Positions 38,575 through 51,157 of a stretch of DNA of 64,000 nucleotides are shown piece after piece. The DNA is from Anthoceros angustus (lineage: Eukaryota > Plantae > Anthocerotophyta). The DNA is taken from contig MU008158.1 in NCBI GenBank assembly GCA_010909165.1, positions 2,009,478 to 2,073,477 of the forward strand. Direction: 5' to 3'. A program made the translations under genes and the position numbers. A model generated the notes under the pieces. It saw nothing but the letters and a program-made list of their open reading frames with translations, made no database searches and was not told where the DNA came from. The first letter of the stretch is position 1; the number at the start of each line of letters is the position of its first letter.

Positions 38575-39626
38575 AAGGTATTCCTGTTTATTGTCGCTAC
38601 GAAATCTCTTCAAAACTTTGCCAGTTTGTGTTTCTGCCATTTGTACATACTCAACAAACTTGTCATATGTCTGGTGTTTCCCATGTAGAAAATATAAGGT
38701 GTAATAGTGGCTCCATTCATCCTGAAAGGTTAGAAAATAGATAGCACCGCCAAATGAACTGGTAGACATAGGTCCACATAGATCAGAATGTACCACTTCG
38801 AGCAGGCCAGTGCTTTGGTGGGTTCAGGATCATTGTAAGGTTTCTGAGCCACCTTGCCTACTTGACAGTTCTCACAGAAGATGTGGTTAGTTACTTTAAA
38901 CATTAGTGCATCTTTGTAAAGTTTTGGCTTACCAACCATCTGTTGTATGTAGGTGATACTGGGGTGACAAAGACGACAGTGCCATAGCAGGGTCTTGTCA
39001 ACTTCTGGCCGTGCATCAATAACATAATTGCGAGCTGCAGAGGGGAGAGCCTCGAAGCGATACAGGTCATTATAAACTACTCCTGATGCTAGTAGTTGAG
39101 AATTATCGTTGGCTGGGGTAACCATCCACCCAGTAGGTGTGAACAACACTTATAAGTCGTGGTCAGAAATGAGCTTGCGTATTGATAGCAAATTCTTTGT
39201 CATGCAGGGTACATGAAGCACATTCTGAAGTTTGATATGTTGGCCGCCTTGCAAGGGGTAACACGACCTCACCAATACCCAAAATGGCCAAACCACTGTC
39301 ATCCCCCAGTAGCACAAATTGACTAGTTGAGATGGCAATGTAATTAGAAAACTTCTCTCTCAATTGGCAGATGTGGTTGATTGCTCCTGAATCAAGGAAC
39401 CACATGTTGCTGTCAGCTTGTGTAAGTGAAAGACACACCGCCAATATTGTTGGTTTTCCTGCTGATGTGCTAAACATGCTAATATTTGAAGGGGCTGAAT
39501 ATACGAAGCCGCTTCCAGAAACCTCGGACCAATTTTCTATGTGCTCCACGGTCACAAAAGCGGCTTTTTTCATTCCTCAGGTTTTTGGCCGAGGTTGGTC
39601 AATGGCATACAATATGGTTTTGTCCG
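38575..39626 (-). pseudogene. Ty1/copia element 1, middle piece: half Zn knuckle, protease, GAG-pre-integrase, integrase N-terminus
   Basis: WFLDSGAINHIC; LQNVLHVP.M.KNLLSI; LLWHCRLCHP..CENCQVGK; VHSDLCGPM..YFLTFQDEWS..KRFRSDN. Confidence 0.95.
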
Positions 39627-39799
39627 ATTTCATCGTATATGATATGCGACTGTGAGATCAAGGTCTGATGTAAAGAATGTATGCAAACTATGAACGAGCA
39701 ATGGCACGAACATATGCATAAAAGGATTCAAATCCCAAACAGAATATGTATAAAGTCAAACGACGGCATGCTTGCACTATATCGATGGCTGAAATCCAT

Positions 39800-42700
39800 G
39801 GATGCCCCGCCACGCAACTTTGACCTAATCGCCCAATTAATCCGCAGGTTGGGACTGTGGCACCGCCTTGAACTATCAAAGACGACTCAGTACTCTTGAC
39901 CTTGCCTCCTCGCATCTTGAAATTGTCATTCTCCTCATGGCATTCTCGCATCCAAAAGGCCACCATCATTTCCTTTCCGTTGTTCTATAATAAGGTGGGC
40001 AAGGTTTGTTGGCCATCGTCGAATATCTCCGGTGATCTCCTTCATCCTATTCAACCCCAAAGGAACCACGAGCACGGAGACATCCTTCTCGAAGACTCAA
40101 TTCCTTAGCCCGAATGGGAGGGTCCCCGACGGTGCGGCTCATGAGTCAATTCCTCCTCGGCAAGACTTCATATCCATGGATCCTCCGTGGAATAAACTCC
40201 GACACCGCTTATCAATATCGACAAGAATACAATTGCGTCACATAGCAAATACCGCCAATGTCAAGTACCACTCCCAAAGACATACATCCGTAACCCGCCT
40301 CCCTCTTTCGAAAAGTTCTTGATGAGCTTCATCATCGCCTAGAGGCCTCCGTATGCACATACCACCACTTGTCAAATGACATATACAATTCACACAAAGT
40401 GTTGCAAGGACCACGCCCATTGTTGAAAGAGCCCCCGCAAGTTATTCGGGAGCATAGACATCTTCCCGATCGTGCTGGAGGTGAAACCCCACCACCGTGA
40501 TGTACTCCATGCTGTCATAGCCTCCTTGGTCACAGCATATTCGCTTTATCCCAAACGAAGGAGACCATCCCTCCACCTGCACCACTTCCGCATTGCCTCT
40601 CTCACCATGTGCAGCTCTTCTACTCCATGCATGACTATCAATCTAATCTCCGAGCAACTTGTCATGTCATGGAAAGAATGGAAAATGGTGTTCACGTGCC
40701 CGATCCATCTTCACATCATGTTGTCCCTTATTGAATCACAGGCACATCCATCAACAATAGTGTGTACCTTGAACCGTAGAAACCCCGCATGTCCAAGGCA
40801 TCTCTTGATACCACCAGTAGTTCACAATATTCTCCGTTTTGGCCGTGAAAGATTGGAGCCCTTCCTCCATGTCCATGTCCAAGTGCCCTTTGCTCGTCCT
40901 CCAAGCCTTTCCATGTGTGCACCTCTTATGAAAGCTTGAAAATCCTCAATTTCGGTCTTCAACATCTTTTACTTGCTGCACGAAGACAACAGCTAAAGCT
41001 TCACAATCACACGCCGAGAAGAGAGGCGGGCGCGCATGCCGGCGCCCCGCCTCTTCCTTCCCGTTGAAAAACAGAAAAACGACAGGAGGGTGCCGCGCGC
41101 CTTCAACCAATCTAATCGAACGAGGACATAGAAGGACATACCTTTCCCTCAAAAGCGGTTTGGAACCTCGCGACATCGCATCCGATGAGTGTAGTGGGTA
41201 TTCGTCTCTCACCATGTCGAATGAACTACACCCGGATGCTTGCCATAGCCACTTGTATGACATGAAATTTCTTCCGCATGTCACCTCCTTGGACATTCCA
41301 TTCAGTCTAGAAGACCGTCAACACCTTCTCGGCCACACTAATTAGCATCTTCTCGCCTCCGGAGGAATACCTTGGAAATCGCGCCATGGCTTGCCTCGCA
41401 TTTCTTTCGTAAAATACACCTTCAACGACTTTGTTTCATCACCAACTTTATGCTTTCCTTTGCCCTTCTTGCTGGTCCCGCCACATGCTTTGCCTCGGTA
41501 GTAGCTCCATGGCCTCCCACTTTGTGAAAATACTATCAACATTCTTCCAAACCTTTCCCAATCTCGCAATGCATAGAATATGTGTCCTGTTGTCCACCTT
41601 GTTCGCTTTATATTGCTCATCCTCGACCTTCATCGCCCTCTATTAGCCCAAGCACCTTATAAAGGTTAAACTTCAGTTCATGCTCATGGTCACACCATCT
41701 CGCTTTGCAATTTGGAGCTCATCTCAGTACCTAACTTGTTCGATGAAATTCATCTTTTCCTCTTGTGACATCGTGTTGTGGTCTTGCCAATATCCTCATC
41801 TCTGTATAGTAAGCCCACAATAAACATGGGCCTCCATCCATTGGAACCTTGCCTTCTCGGCGATATGTCGACAGTGCTTCATGGCATGCATATGTATGAT
41901 TGCCACCTAAGACTCCCATCACGCACTTCTTAGCCCGAAACTTGATCCCCGCTTTGGATATCCTCGCATTCCGATGGGTCAATCATACAGCAGTGGGAGG
42001 ACTCCTTCCTCTATACGTCCTTTGCTATCACACGTGCCAAATAGTTAGCCCAGCCTCATCCACATTCCGGATCTGCATGGAGTCGAAATGATGCAGCCTC
42101 AAGTTCTCGAGCTTCACAAGAACAGCGGAACCACCTTTTTGTACGCCGATTCTCGCAGCTTTGCTCAAATAATCTTCATCCAACATAGATGCTGCAATGC
42201 CTCCCATCTGTGGCCACATGTATGCTTGGAATGTCATTGCTATCAAGGCCGCGGACGTTTTCCTTTCTTCCGCCTCAGACCGCGGCATCCACACCGTGAG
42301 TCCGATGCCTGTGGGTCGATGAGGTCTTCCCCAGCCGGGTTCTCCATCTCTGCTCGGCTCAGTGGGCGCGCATGCCGCGCCCGCATCCCCACCTTCCACG
42401 AAGGGGGCGCGCATGGCCCGCATCCCCACCTTCCGCCGGGGAGCCGCATGCCGCCCCACCATCGGAGTAGGCGCCGCATGCCGCGCCTACATCCATCCCG
42501 GGGCGGCCGGCGCCCACATCCGCATATGAGGAGGAGGGGGCGCCGCATGCCGCGCCCGCCCTTCCACCGCCTCAAGACATGGCATGCGCGCCCACCCATA
42601 TCATCGGAGAGGGAGGCCGGCGCCCTTCCTCCGACGCCTCCACCTCGTGCATAGAGAGCTCCATGGCTCCGATGTCGCTTTTCGCCTCGGGCTCCCCACT

Positions 42701-43100
42701 ACCACTAGCGCCGGTGGTGCCTCCGATTGCACACACACCTAACGTGCTAGGGTGCCTTCTCGCTTGGGAAGGCACCCGAGGGCCGCATGCCGGCGCCTCC
42801 TCCCGCCTCGCATCAAAGCCCGATACAAACCAATTGATTTGCGGGCTTCCCAATTCTGTTGTCGCGAAGAGGAGGGTTCCTCCTGCTCCCATCTTCATCG
42901 AACGTGCTAACTTTGGCACAAGCTGAAGCCCCTTGTCCCCTTCCTCCTCTTGGTCTTCGAGGCTTCCTCATCCGACTGTCCACGCCAATGGGACCATCCT
43001 CCTCATCCGAGGGTCCAAACTCCTCTTCTTCTCGCATTAGTAAAGGCAAACGTGGAAGGGCCTGCCTTGTCCTCCATAAAGACATCTCCGGGTGCATTTT
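39800..43100 (-). pseudogene. ParB/Srx-like domain + beta-class N6-adenine/N4-cytosine DNA methyltransferase (PF01555-like), frameshifted
   Basis: QIRNVD (~42070) and VLGGNHTYA (~41888-41913); VVSRDALD..YTLLLMDVP(Y)GFN (motif IV, ~40735-40810); MKLIKNFSKEGG.VTDVC.GSGT..AVFAM.RNCILVDID (motifs X-I-II, ~40210-40335). Confidence 0.78.
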
Positions 43101-46100
43101 CATGGAGTCTGTAATCACCGACAAAGAAACCTATAAAATGATCTTCCACCACATGGTTTTAACACAAGACATGTGTTACTTTTATCGACCTCTCAAATAC
43201 ACACCATCATGTTAGAGAGAGTTGAGGAAACATTTGCACTTACATTTTCAATTCGCCAGCATCCAAGAATTTCCTTGGGATATACGGTTCACACTTCCGT
43301 GAAAGTTTGCTCCTTAGCACATACACATTGTAGTCATCGGTGTCGGTGGCAACCCTTCCACTGTAAGGCTTGGATGTGCACAAAACATGGAACTCCGGTT
43401 CACCATCCACCACATCCATTGTAGCCCAGAGAACCCATCCCCTAGCCCTCCGATTGTGCAAAGCACCATTGAACCCAAAATCACCTTTAACAAGGAGTCC
43501 ACACCATTGTGTCCTCTCGTTCCTCCGATCGCGTGAACAACCGCCTTTCTCCAACAAAACAACTTCATCAACTCGCTTGTGTGCTGCGTGGCCGCACCGC
43601 CTCATACGTATAAGGAGATGGGATGGGATCCGGGAGGAGCCTTCGAGACTTGGGAAGGCCAACCTTTTCCTGTGCCCTTGCGCTCCCTTTGCGAGCTTGG
43701 TTTCTCGAAACGTGGGAACCAGACAGGACCCTTTGCCCCTCCACGCTATGCTCACGGCGAGTCACTGCTCCTCTTCCTTCTCGAGCGTTTCTTATGCCGC
43801 TTTGGCTTGTCCACAAGCTCTGATCTCGCCAGCAGCCCTTCCGCCGCCCACTTGCCATACTCGCTCTCACGAAATCACACAAGACGGGTCAAGGCGAATT
43901 GCCCATCCAAAACAATGGTTGTGTGGGTTGAAGCCGTAAATACCAACCTCCCGCTGCACGATGCTTGTGGGGTTAGCAATTTGATGCTCGCCGCCCGAGA
44001 CGGCCGACTTGGCCGCCACCGGACGCAGCTGCTGCACCAATTCCTTCCGCACACACGGAATTGGAGCAAGGCGGAATTGCTGCCGGTGCGCCCAGATGCG
44101 AGGCTGGAATTGCTGGAGCGTGAGTTCTCTCACCTCACAAGCACTTGTTGCCTTCAACCACCGAACAGAAGAAGACGGGCGTCGTACGCTCACTTCGTAG
44201 GTCGACAATAGACACCCGTGCTTATAATACGCCGACATGTGTCCGTATGGGAGGAAACCCTAAATTAGTTGCGGCGAAGATGGAAACGCCGTTTTACCGT
44301 GGTTAAAACCATAAATTGGAGCCGCTCGATCCGCTAGATCGTAATGATGCATGCCTTGCAAAATATTTTTTATCCACTTTACTTCTTGCGAAGGATTGGC
44401 CTTGTTGCTTTGGCTTTCAAGAGCGTGAAACCCGTTTTCCACCCATTCAATGTTCCATACAAGGTCGGAATGTGAGAGAGGTACAACACGAGAGAGCAAG
44501 AAAGGGCTATAGTTTGCGAGGTTGGCGACTATTGGTGTCACCGAGGTCGTCAAGGTTCTAGACCTCATCATGCCGCAAGCTACGCACATTCTTCATGACG
44601 CCGAGGTGATACCACCGTGCCCCTCACTTCTATTACCCTTTGTAGTGAAACTTTACGGCAATGTGGGTCACGTGGTTGCCGATTCAAGGACCGTGATGGC
44701 GATGTTCATTTTGGAGGCGAAGATGCCTCCCAATATCTCCGAGAGATCGATTCGGAAAGAAGAACCAAACGCCGCAATTTTGCCGCGAGATATGACGCTT
44801 ATGCGCATGCCTCAACCTTCTCAGAAAGTAAGCAATTACAATCGAGCATTGGTGACATGTTATAAAGCGTGAAGTGGAGTTCTCGTGTGGACGCGCGCAC
44901 TTCCGCATTGCGACAAATGTTCACTTCTTGAGTGCAGTCCGTGGTGGAGGAGGACTCATCGCAGGCTCGTTTCGCTTTCTTCCTCCCACTCCAAGAAATA
45001 TGAATCTCACACCGCAATGGATAGAAGTCTGGAGGGAGGGGTCGGAAGTGGCGAACGGTTGTGCAGCGGTCCGAGGTCCGTTTAATGGAAATGCTAGTGG
45101 TGGAGAAGGACACCCAAATGTGGATGAAGAGAATGTTTTCCAGACACCAGAAGACGAAGTCCACCTTCCTATCATCCAAAACCTATGTCCGAGACGCTGC
45201 AGCCGAGAAGCGAACATGATATCGGGTCTGCGCGCTTTTATGAAAGAGGGGACTGTGTTGCGGATTTTCGAAACCATGTTGCAACAAATTGTGCATCCAA
45301 ATGTTGACCAAAGAAGGCTTCAGAGCAGTTCCCGAGGTTGAGGCCGACAGAAACATTTCTTCACCCCTTGTCGACTCATTTTGGAGGCCAGCTCAAGACA
45401 AGAGTTATAACCCATCTCATGGGTCTGCTCCAATGAGATCCCGCCTGAAAGCCTTCCGGTGTACTGCATCGGCTCAACAAGATATGAAGAGTTGAAGAGG
45501 AGGGTATTGTGTAATGCTCCATGGGATGAGAATAAGCCAAGTCCTCGGGTGCAATCCTCCCATGCTTTGGGTGCGATTGCGTGGATGGACTCTACATTTA
45601 TCCACTTGGCGAGCGCCCAAACGTGAGGTGTATAACTTGCAGACACATTCACTAAGCTAGAGGTCCGGACACAATACAAAGGGAAATGGAGCACAAAGGA
45701 TTGCGCTTTATTTCATATGCCTACTGCGCTTTGGGAACAACTTCAAACGGGTGAAGATACCCAAGTCCAATAGGTTTTCGACATGTTCATTATGCGAGGA
45801 TTGAAGTTCAACATAAGAAGCAGACGCCGCACCGACCAAGGTACGACTTTCCAAGCCCAATGCCGCTTTGGACATTAATCGCGGCAAAGTTGTGCTCACA
45901 CAGTGCTCACCGCACGAGTGCTCACCTTCCCAACAGGTGATGTCGGTTCCTACCTATTCCTCCAGATGGTGATTCCGGCAACACTATGTTGCATGCATGC
46001 CACCCAGAGAGACCGCTAGGGCGACATGCCGGCGCCCGGTTACCACGTTGCCAACATGCCCGTCGATGACTAGTGGGGTGCCCGAATGCCGCAGATGAAC

Positions 46101-46729
46101 CATTGGGTTACCGAATTCAGCGAATTTGTGGAATGCCGATGCGGCGCCCACACATGTGATCATGTTATGCCGGGGCCCACGCACTTGTGTGTTCTGTTAT
46201 GCCGCCGACCATGTACTAGAGATTACATGCCGCTGTATCGTTGTTCCTGTGCTTAGCGCCAGTCGCCGCTCTTCATCTTGCCGACACCGTATGTTGCCGA
46301 ATGCCGGACCATGTATGGGGCATGCCGCACCCATGTACTTGTGATGCCTGCATGGCGACGGGCGGTACTTGTGCGCCGCATGCCTACGCCTGTGCGGGTG
46401 GAGTCACACGACGCACAGCACCATGGTGCCGCGCGAGCAGGCACCCATGGTGCGGGCATGCCTGCGTTCTCGGTACAAGACGCCCGCCGGTCTCTATATC
46501 GTTATTGCCGCCGGCGAGCTTAGGCTCCAATGGTGCCGTGATGCCCTGAAACTAGTGTCCGCGACATGGTCGGATTGAAGCATGCATGATTATGCGTCAT
46601 CGAATTTTGGCATGCATGCAATGGCATGTTTGCGGACCTTTCACGTTGTTTTGATCATGCCTTGATGCGTCCGCCTCTTGGTTCCAGTTCTCGCCCCTAG
46701 CCCTAACATTGTACTTTCATTTGTCTCGC

Positions 46730-48390
46730 AATCAGACATCGTGATGCTGGATAAGCATCGTATCCGCTCGATGGATGAACGGAAAAAGCTTCACAAGCAT
46801 CGCACAAAAGGGTACAAGGAGCCACACAAGTATATGTTATTATGTATCGATGGAATGGATCGAAAAACGCCTCCCCATATCTTAAGGTGGCGAAGGACTT
46901 AAAGAGGAAGCAAGATTACAAAGGTGCATGTAGTGGGTTGCATGATTCATAATTACACATTCAAGGCGAGGGCGTATCTCCACTATGCGAATTTGAGGAA
47001 TGATGCAAATTTGACGATTTCTATTATACGATGTGATCCTCACTTATGAAGGGTTGCTTCCTAAAGTTTTATATTTGCATTTGGACAACACATGCGGGAG
47101 AACAAGAATCACCGCTCTTTGCTTACCTCAACATGCTCCGACCTAGGAACGCTTTGAGAAGGTGAAGGTTGGTTTTCTTCTTGTTGGGCATACACACGAT
47201 CAAGTCGACCAAATGTTTTCTTGTTTCTCAAACATCTCAAACACAAAGAGGCTAGAACCCTACCAACTATGTGACATTTTGAGAAGATACACCGAACCCA
47301 AGTGAAGGTGGTAACGGAAGTTGCTGATTTCGCTCATTTGTGTGGCCGATGCGATCGGAGAAGGAGGTCGGAAGTACAAAGTCAAAGGGAAGTTGAACAA
47401 CCTTCGCTCCAACACCGATTCAAAATTACCCAAGAAGACAAAGTGGGACGGGAAAGGTAATCATTCGGAGTAAACACTACTTCTCCATTGTGGAAATCGA
47501 AGATGGCCTCGAGTTCTTGTCGTTTGTGCCACATCATCGGCCCAACTCCCTAATGGCATTGCGTGCAAAAGACAAGAAAGGGAGTGGAGGAGGCTTGAGT
47601 GCACGTGATGGCGAGATCACTTGAAGAAAGGGATGCTGAAGTTACCAACTTATGTGAATGCTGTTGAGGGGGAGTGGTGGGATGATTTCTGGAAGGATCA
47701 AGAGGAGATCGCAACGATTGTGGACCATAACATCGGACTTGTTTTGAAAAGCCCGTGGAAGTGGTACGATAGGGCAGCGGCAGAAGCAAATGTGCCTCCC
47801 TTGCTGGTTCCGGATGAAGCTCTCCTGGACGAAGCATTATTGCGGGATGTACCACAACGGGACATGTACCTGGGAGCATATCAGAACATTGAACGACGTG
47901 AAGAGGAAGTGGAGAGGATGAATGGTGACATCATGGAGATTAGAAAAGGTATGTTCATTGTAACGCCTTGTGAGGGCGATACTCACAATAGGGCATTCTG
48001 GGTGGCCAAGGTTGTTGGTGTCCACCTCACCGCCCACCCCTATTTCTTGTTTCGGTGTATGGACCCAAAACACAGATGCTTTTGAAGATGGGGAATACTG
48101 TGTCCGAAGCGACATAGCAGCACCTTTGAAAGGCAAGGCGGGAAAAGGTTCCAGGCCTCCGAACATCCAGAAGCTCTTCGTCCATAAAACCATTATTGTG
48201 TATTATGGGTTCAAGCTGACATCCAGGAAACATCTCACGCAGCAGACAAGAAAGCGATCAGAGAGAAATTGAATGCTCTTCGTCCTCACATCGTGCCCTC
48301 CACCCTAGATGCAGGTATCGATAGCGAAGATGATGGTCATGAAGTAGTCCTCTCTAAGGAAGAAGGTTTAGAGTCAGGCGAAGAGTGAGG
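46730..48390 (+). pseudogene. Sola-like DDE/DDD transposase with a C-terminal beta-rich domain, frameshifted
   Basis: LCIDGMD (46846), NDANLTI, LPKVLYLHLDN..RENKN (47081), KVGFLLVGHTHDQVDQMFS (47186); C-terminal GMFIV..AFWVAKV..YYGFKLT. The transposase call is firm; the superfamily is tentative. Confidence 0.75.
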
Positions 48391-51157
48391 ATGTGATTCT
48401 GATGGTTGGTAAAAGATAAGTGAGATCTAATGGATGGTGTTGTCATTGCCAATGAGAAGACGGGAGCGTAGTATCAGGTTGTGAGTGAATTTTATTATCT
48501 CCCGTATCACCCCCCTTACATGAAACGGATCGATTTCTTCATTGAACATTCTCGCAGTGAAGTAGAGATCCCAAATCCCTAGGGTTTATCACACTTTGTT
48601 TCCCCAACCCTAGTTTGAGGCATGTTGCGGAAAGAACAGACACGGGGAGGGGGATAAAACAAAGTTCCTCCCGCTCATGTGGACTGTGCAAATGGGAGAA
48701 TTAGAGCATCGAAAGTGATTAGGTGGGATTCGCCACTAGGAGGAGCTTCACGCCTGGGTTCCCCAGTGCGTTTCTTTCTACACTCATTCTCAAAATGTCC
48801 CATACGACCTGCGATATGTCCCTGTGGGACTACAAAATGCAAGGGTTTATGACAGTTTTATGATGATGAAGACAACTTGAGAAATGACAAGGGATGGCAG
48901 GGTTTTTGTGTTAAATGTCGCCATATTGAAATCGTGTTCGCGAGAATGTATGACGTGCCCACAATCGGGGTCCAGGTCACAGTCATAGGACTGGATTACC
49001 CTTTGACGACCATGGCAAGCTCGCTGCTGTCCACCCACCCTGCCGGCGACGCCCGGCCTAGTTCGCATCGCCCATCCGCAGCCCGAACGGCATCACATGA
49101 AGACACGCCCGTTAGCTCCTCCCACCCACGCCACCCGCCCCGACACTGACATCGCCGGTGACGCTTTGGTCAGACAGGCGCATAGGCGCGCCTTCTCCTT
49201 ACGCCCAGCTCGCTGCGGCGCATGCCATCCGCGCATGTCCGTAAGTCTGTATCGCATCCACTTCATGCCATGTACGCTTGTCCTGCGGCTGTTCAGCATG
49301 TATTTGAATGAGGTGGGGTTCGTGGTTATAAGCATGCATTTGATCAATGGTAATGCATATTTTTGTGTTCTCCAAATCCACTTTCGATCATAAGACAAAT
49401 TAAGAAACAACATGATGAGTATCATAATTTTATGTATATAATTATCCTTGTTCGTTGGAACCATAATGGTGGCGCCGACGTTTTTCCCTTCATGCCACTA
49501 CCATAAAGTAGTTACCATGCCGTACCTTACTTACTCCGAGCAAACCTTCAATGGCCATGTACCGGATTGTTCACAAACCGCCTTCCCATGTTCAATGGTG
49601 GCGCCATTGTCCATATATCCCTGCTGATGCCTCGTAGTCGAAAATCCTAAAATTGCCCGCCAACATAGCATTCCCTTCTTTGCGTGCTTCCGGCTTGACA
49701 CTCCGCCATCCTTCCTCTTCTCGACCGTAGCCACAACCGCGAGAGCGGCTCGTTCTGCCTCACGCCCACAAGCATTGGCCATCCCGCACCGCCTCCTCAT
49801 TCTACGGCATTCTTGGGCCTCCGGCTGAACGAGGTCGATGGAGGCCAGTCTACCACCGCAAGGAAACAAAGCGCATATATTCAACGGATAGTTCTAAGAC
49901 ACCGATCACCGATTCACATCCTTTCTATCTTCCAAAGGACATCGCTCATGAAAGCCAAGCTCTTACCTTCATGCGCTTGGCGGCCTCTTTCGTTCTGGTC
50001 CATGTCTTCCCATGTGAACATCACCTAAAAGCACAATACATGGAATCCCACTGGTGAGAACACAAGCGCCTTACCACTAATCAATCTGATGCAAAACTAT
50101 TTGAAAACCACCCACCTCTGCGGATTCCATTAGCGGCCCAAAAATTGGCATTTCCTCAACCCCATGCAAGACTCCCCATTTGGTTTCCTCCAAGTTTGGG
50201 TCCTCCCCACACCGCATTGAAGTCAAGTACACCTCCGCCAAACAAGTTGGTTCCAGCTCCATGCTTCGCCATTCGTTTCCAGCTATCATCGGGCACCTCG
50301 CCAAGAACCATTCCCACGCTCATACCGCTCAACACCCCACCCAATAGCCCCCACCATGCTTGGCAGGTGATGCCTGTATGCAGCCATTCTCTCCTCGTGG
50401 TCCGCATAATCCAAGCTCCTTCCTTCACTTTCTGGAGTTGTAGTTCTTGCTCGCACGCCAGCTTGGAGAATTTTGTCTTGATCACCTCTCTATTCGTGAC
50501 GGCTGGAAACTCACTACCAGTCCACCCACCAGATCTCCGGTGGTGCTTGGTCCAAGACTTTAGAAAAGTGAGCTTTGTGGTAACCAGCTTCTTGAATTCT
50601 CTTCTCCGTGTTTCTTTCCCGCCGGTGACACACGTCACGGACATGTCCGCCCACCTTCGACTCTGCACAAAGACGAATAATCAGCGAGCACCATGAACTT
50701 GATCACCTGGATGACCTCCGCAGCGGGCGAGGCCTTATCAAGTCCGACAGCGGCCTCCTTCCACAAAGCGGTGGAGTGGTTGAGTGTAATCGTCCATGCT
50801 CTTCGCCATGCCATTGGTGGAGGTGCCATCGATTTGTCCTCCTCCCCGCATGTCCGCGGAGTCCATACCGTTGTTGTCATTGACACCCACATTGCGGTCT
50901 CCTTCATCATCCTCCCATCTTGCAAGTCCTCCTCCGGTCCACCCCTTTAGAAGTATACGTGGTCTCCTTCCGTGAGGGTGACATGCCGGATTACCTGTCC
51001 AAAGCAGTAATGCGAATATCACCCTATGTGGACTCGACCTGGACAACCTTCGCAGTGTCCGAGGCCCTGTGGATGTCCTTGGACATAGCTAACTGTGTGA
51101 ACATTACACATGTAAGAGAAAGAAGCTGTGTGTAGATCATGTTTAAACACCGGCAGA

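Larger units (their letters stand above)
36085..38640. repeat. Tandem duplication: 36085-37361 and 37362-38640, including a second CCCTA right TIR ending at 37292
   Basis: Both copies carry the ORF end, B1-A2-B2, the TIR, AAG and ~65 bp of copia flank; microhomology TC(T)GCCAT. Confidence 0.92.

Noticed and set aside
49496-49516. CACTACCATAAAGTAG as the end of the minus-strand CACTA element
   Set aside because: No matching inverted end near 59.9 kb and no TSD.
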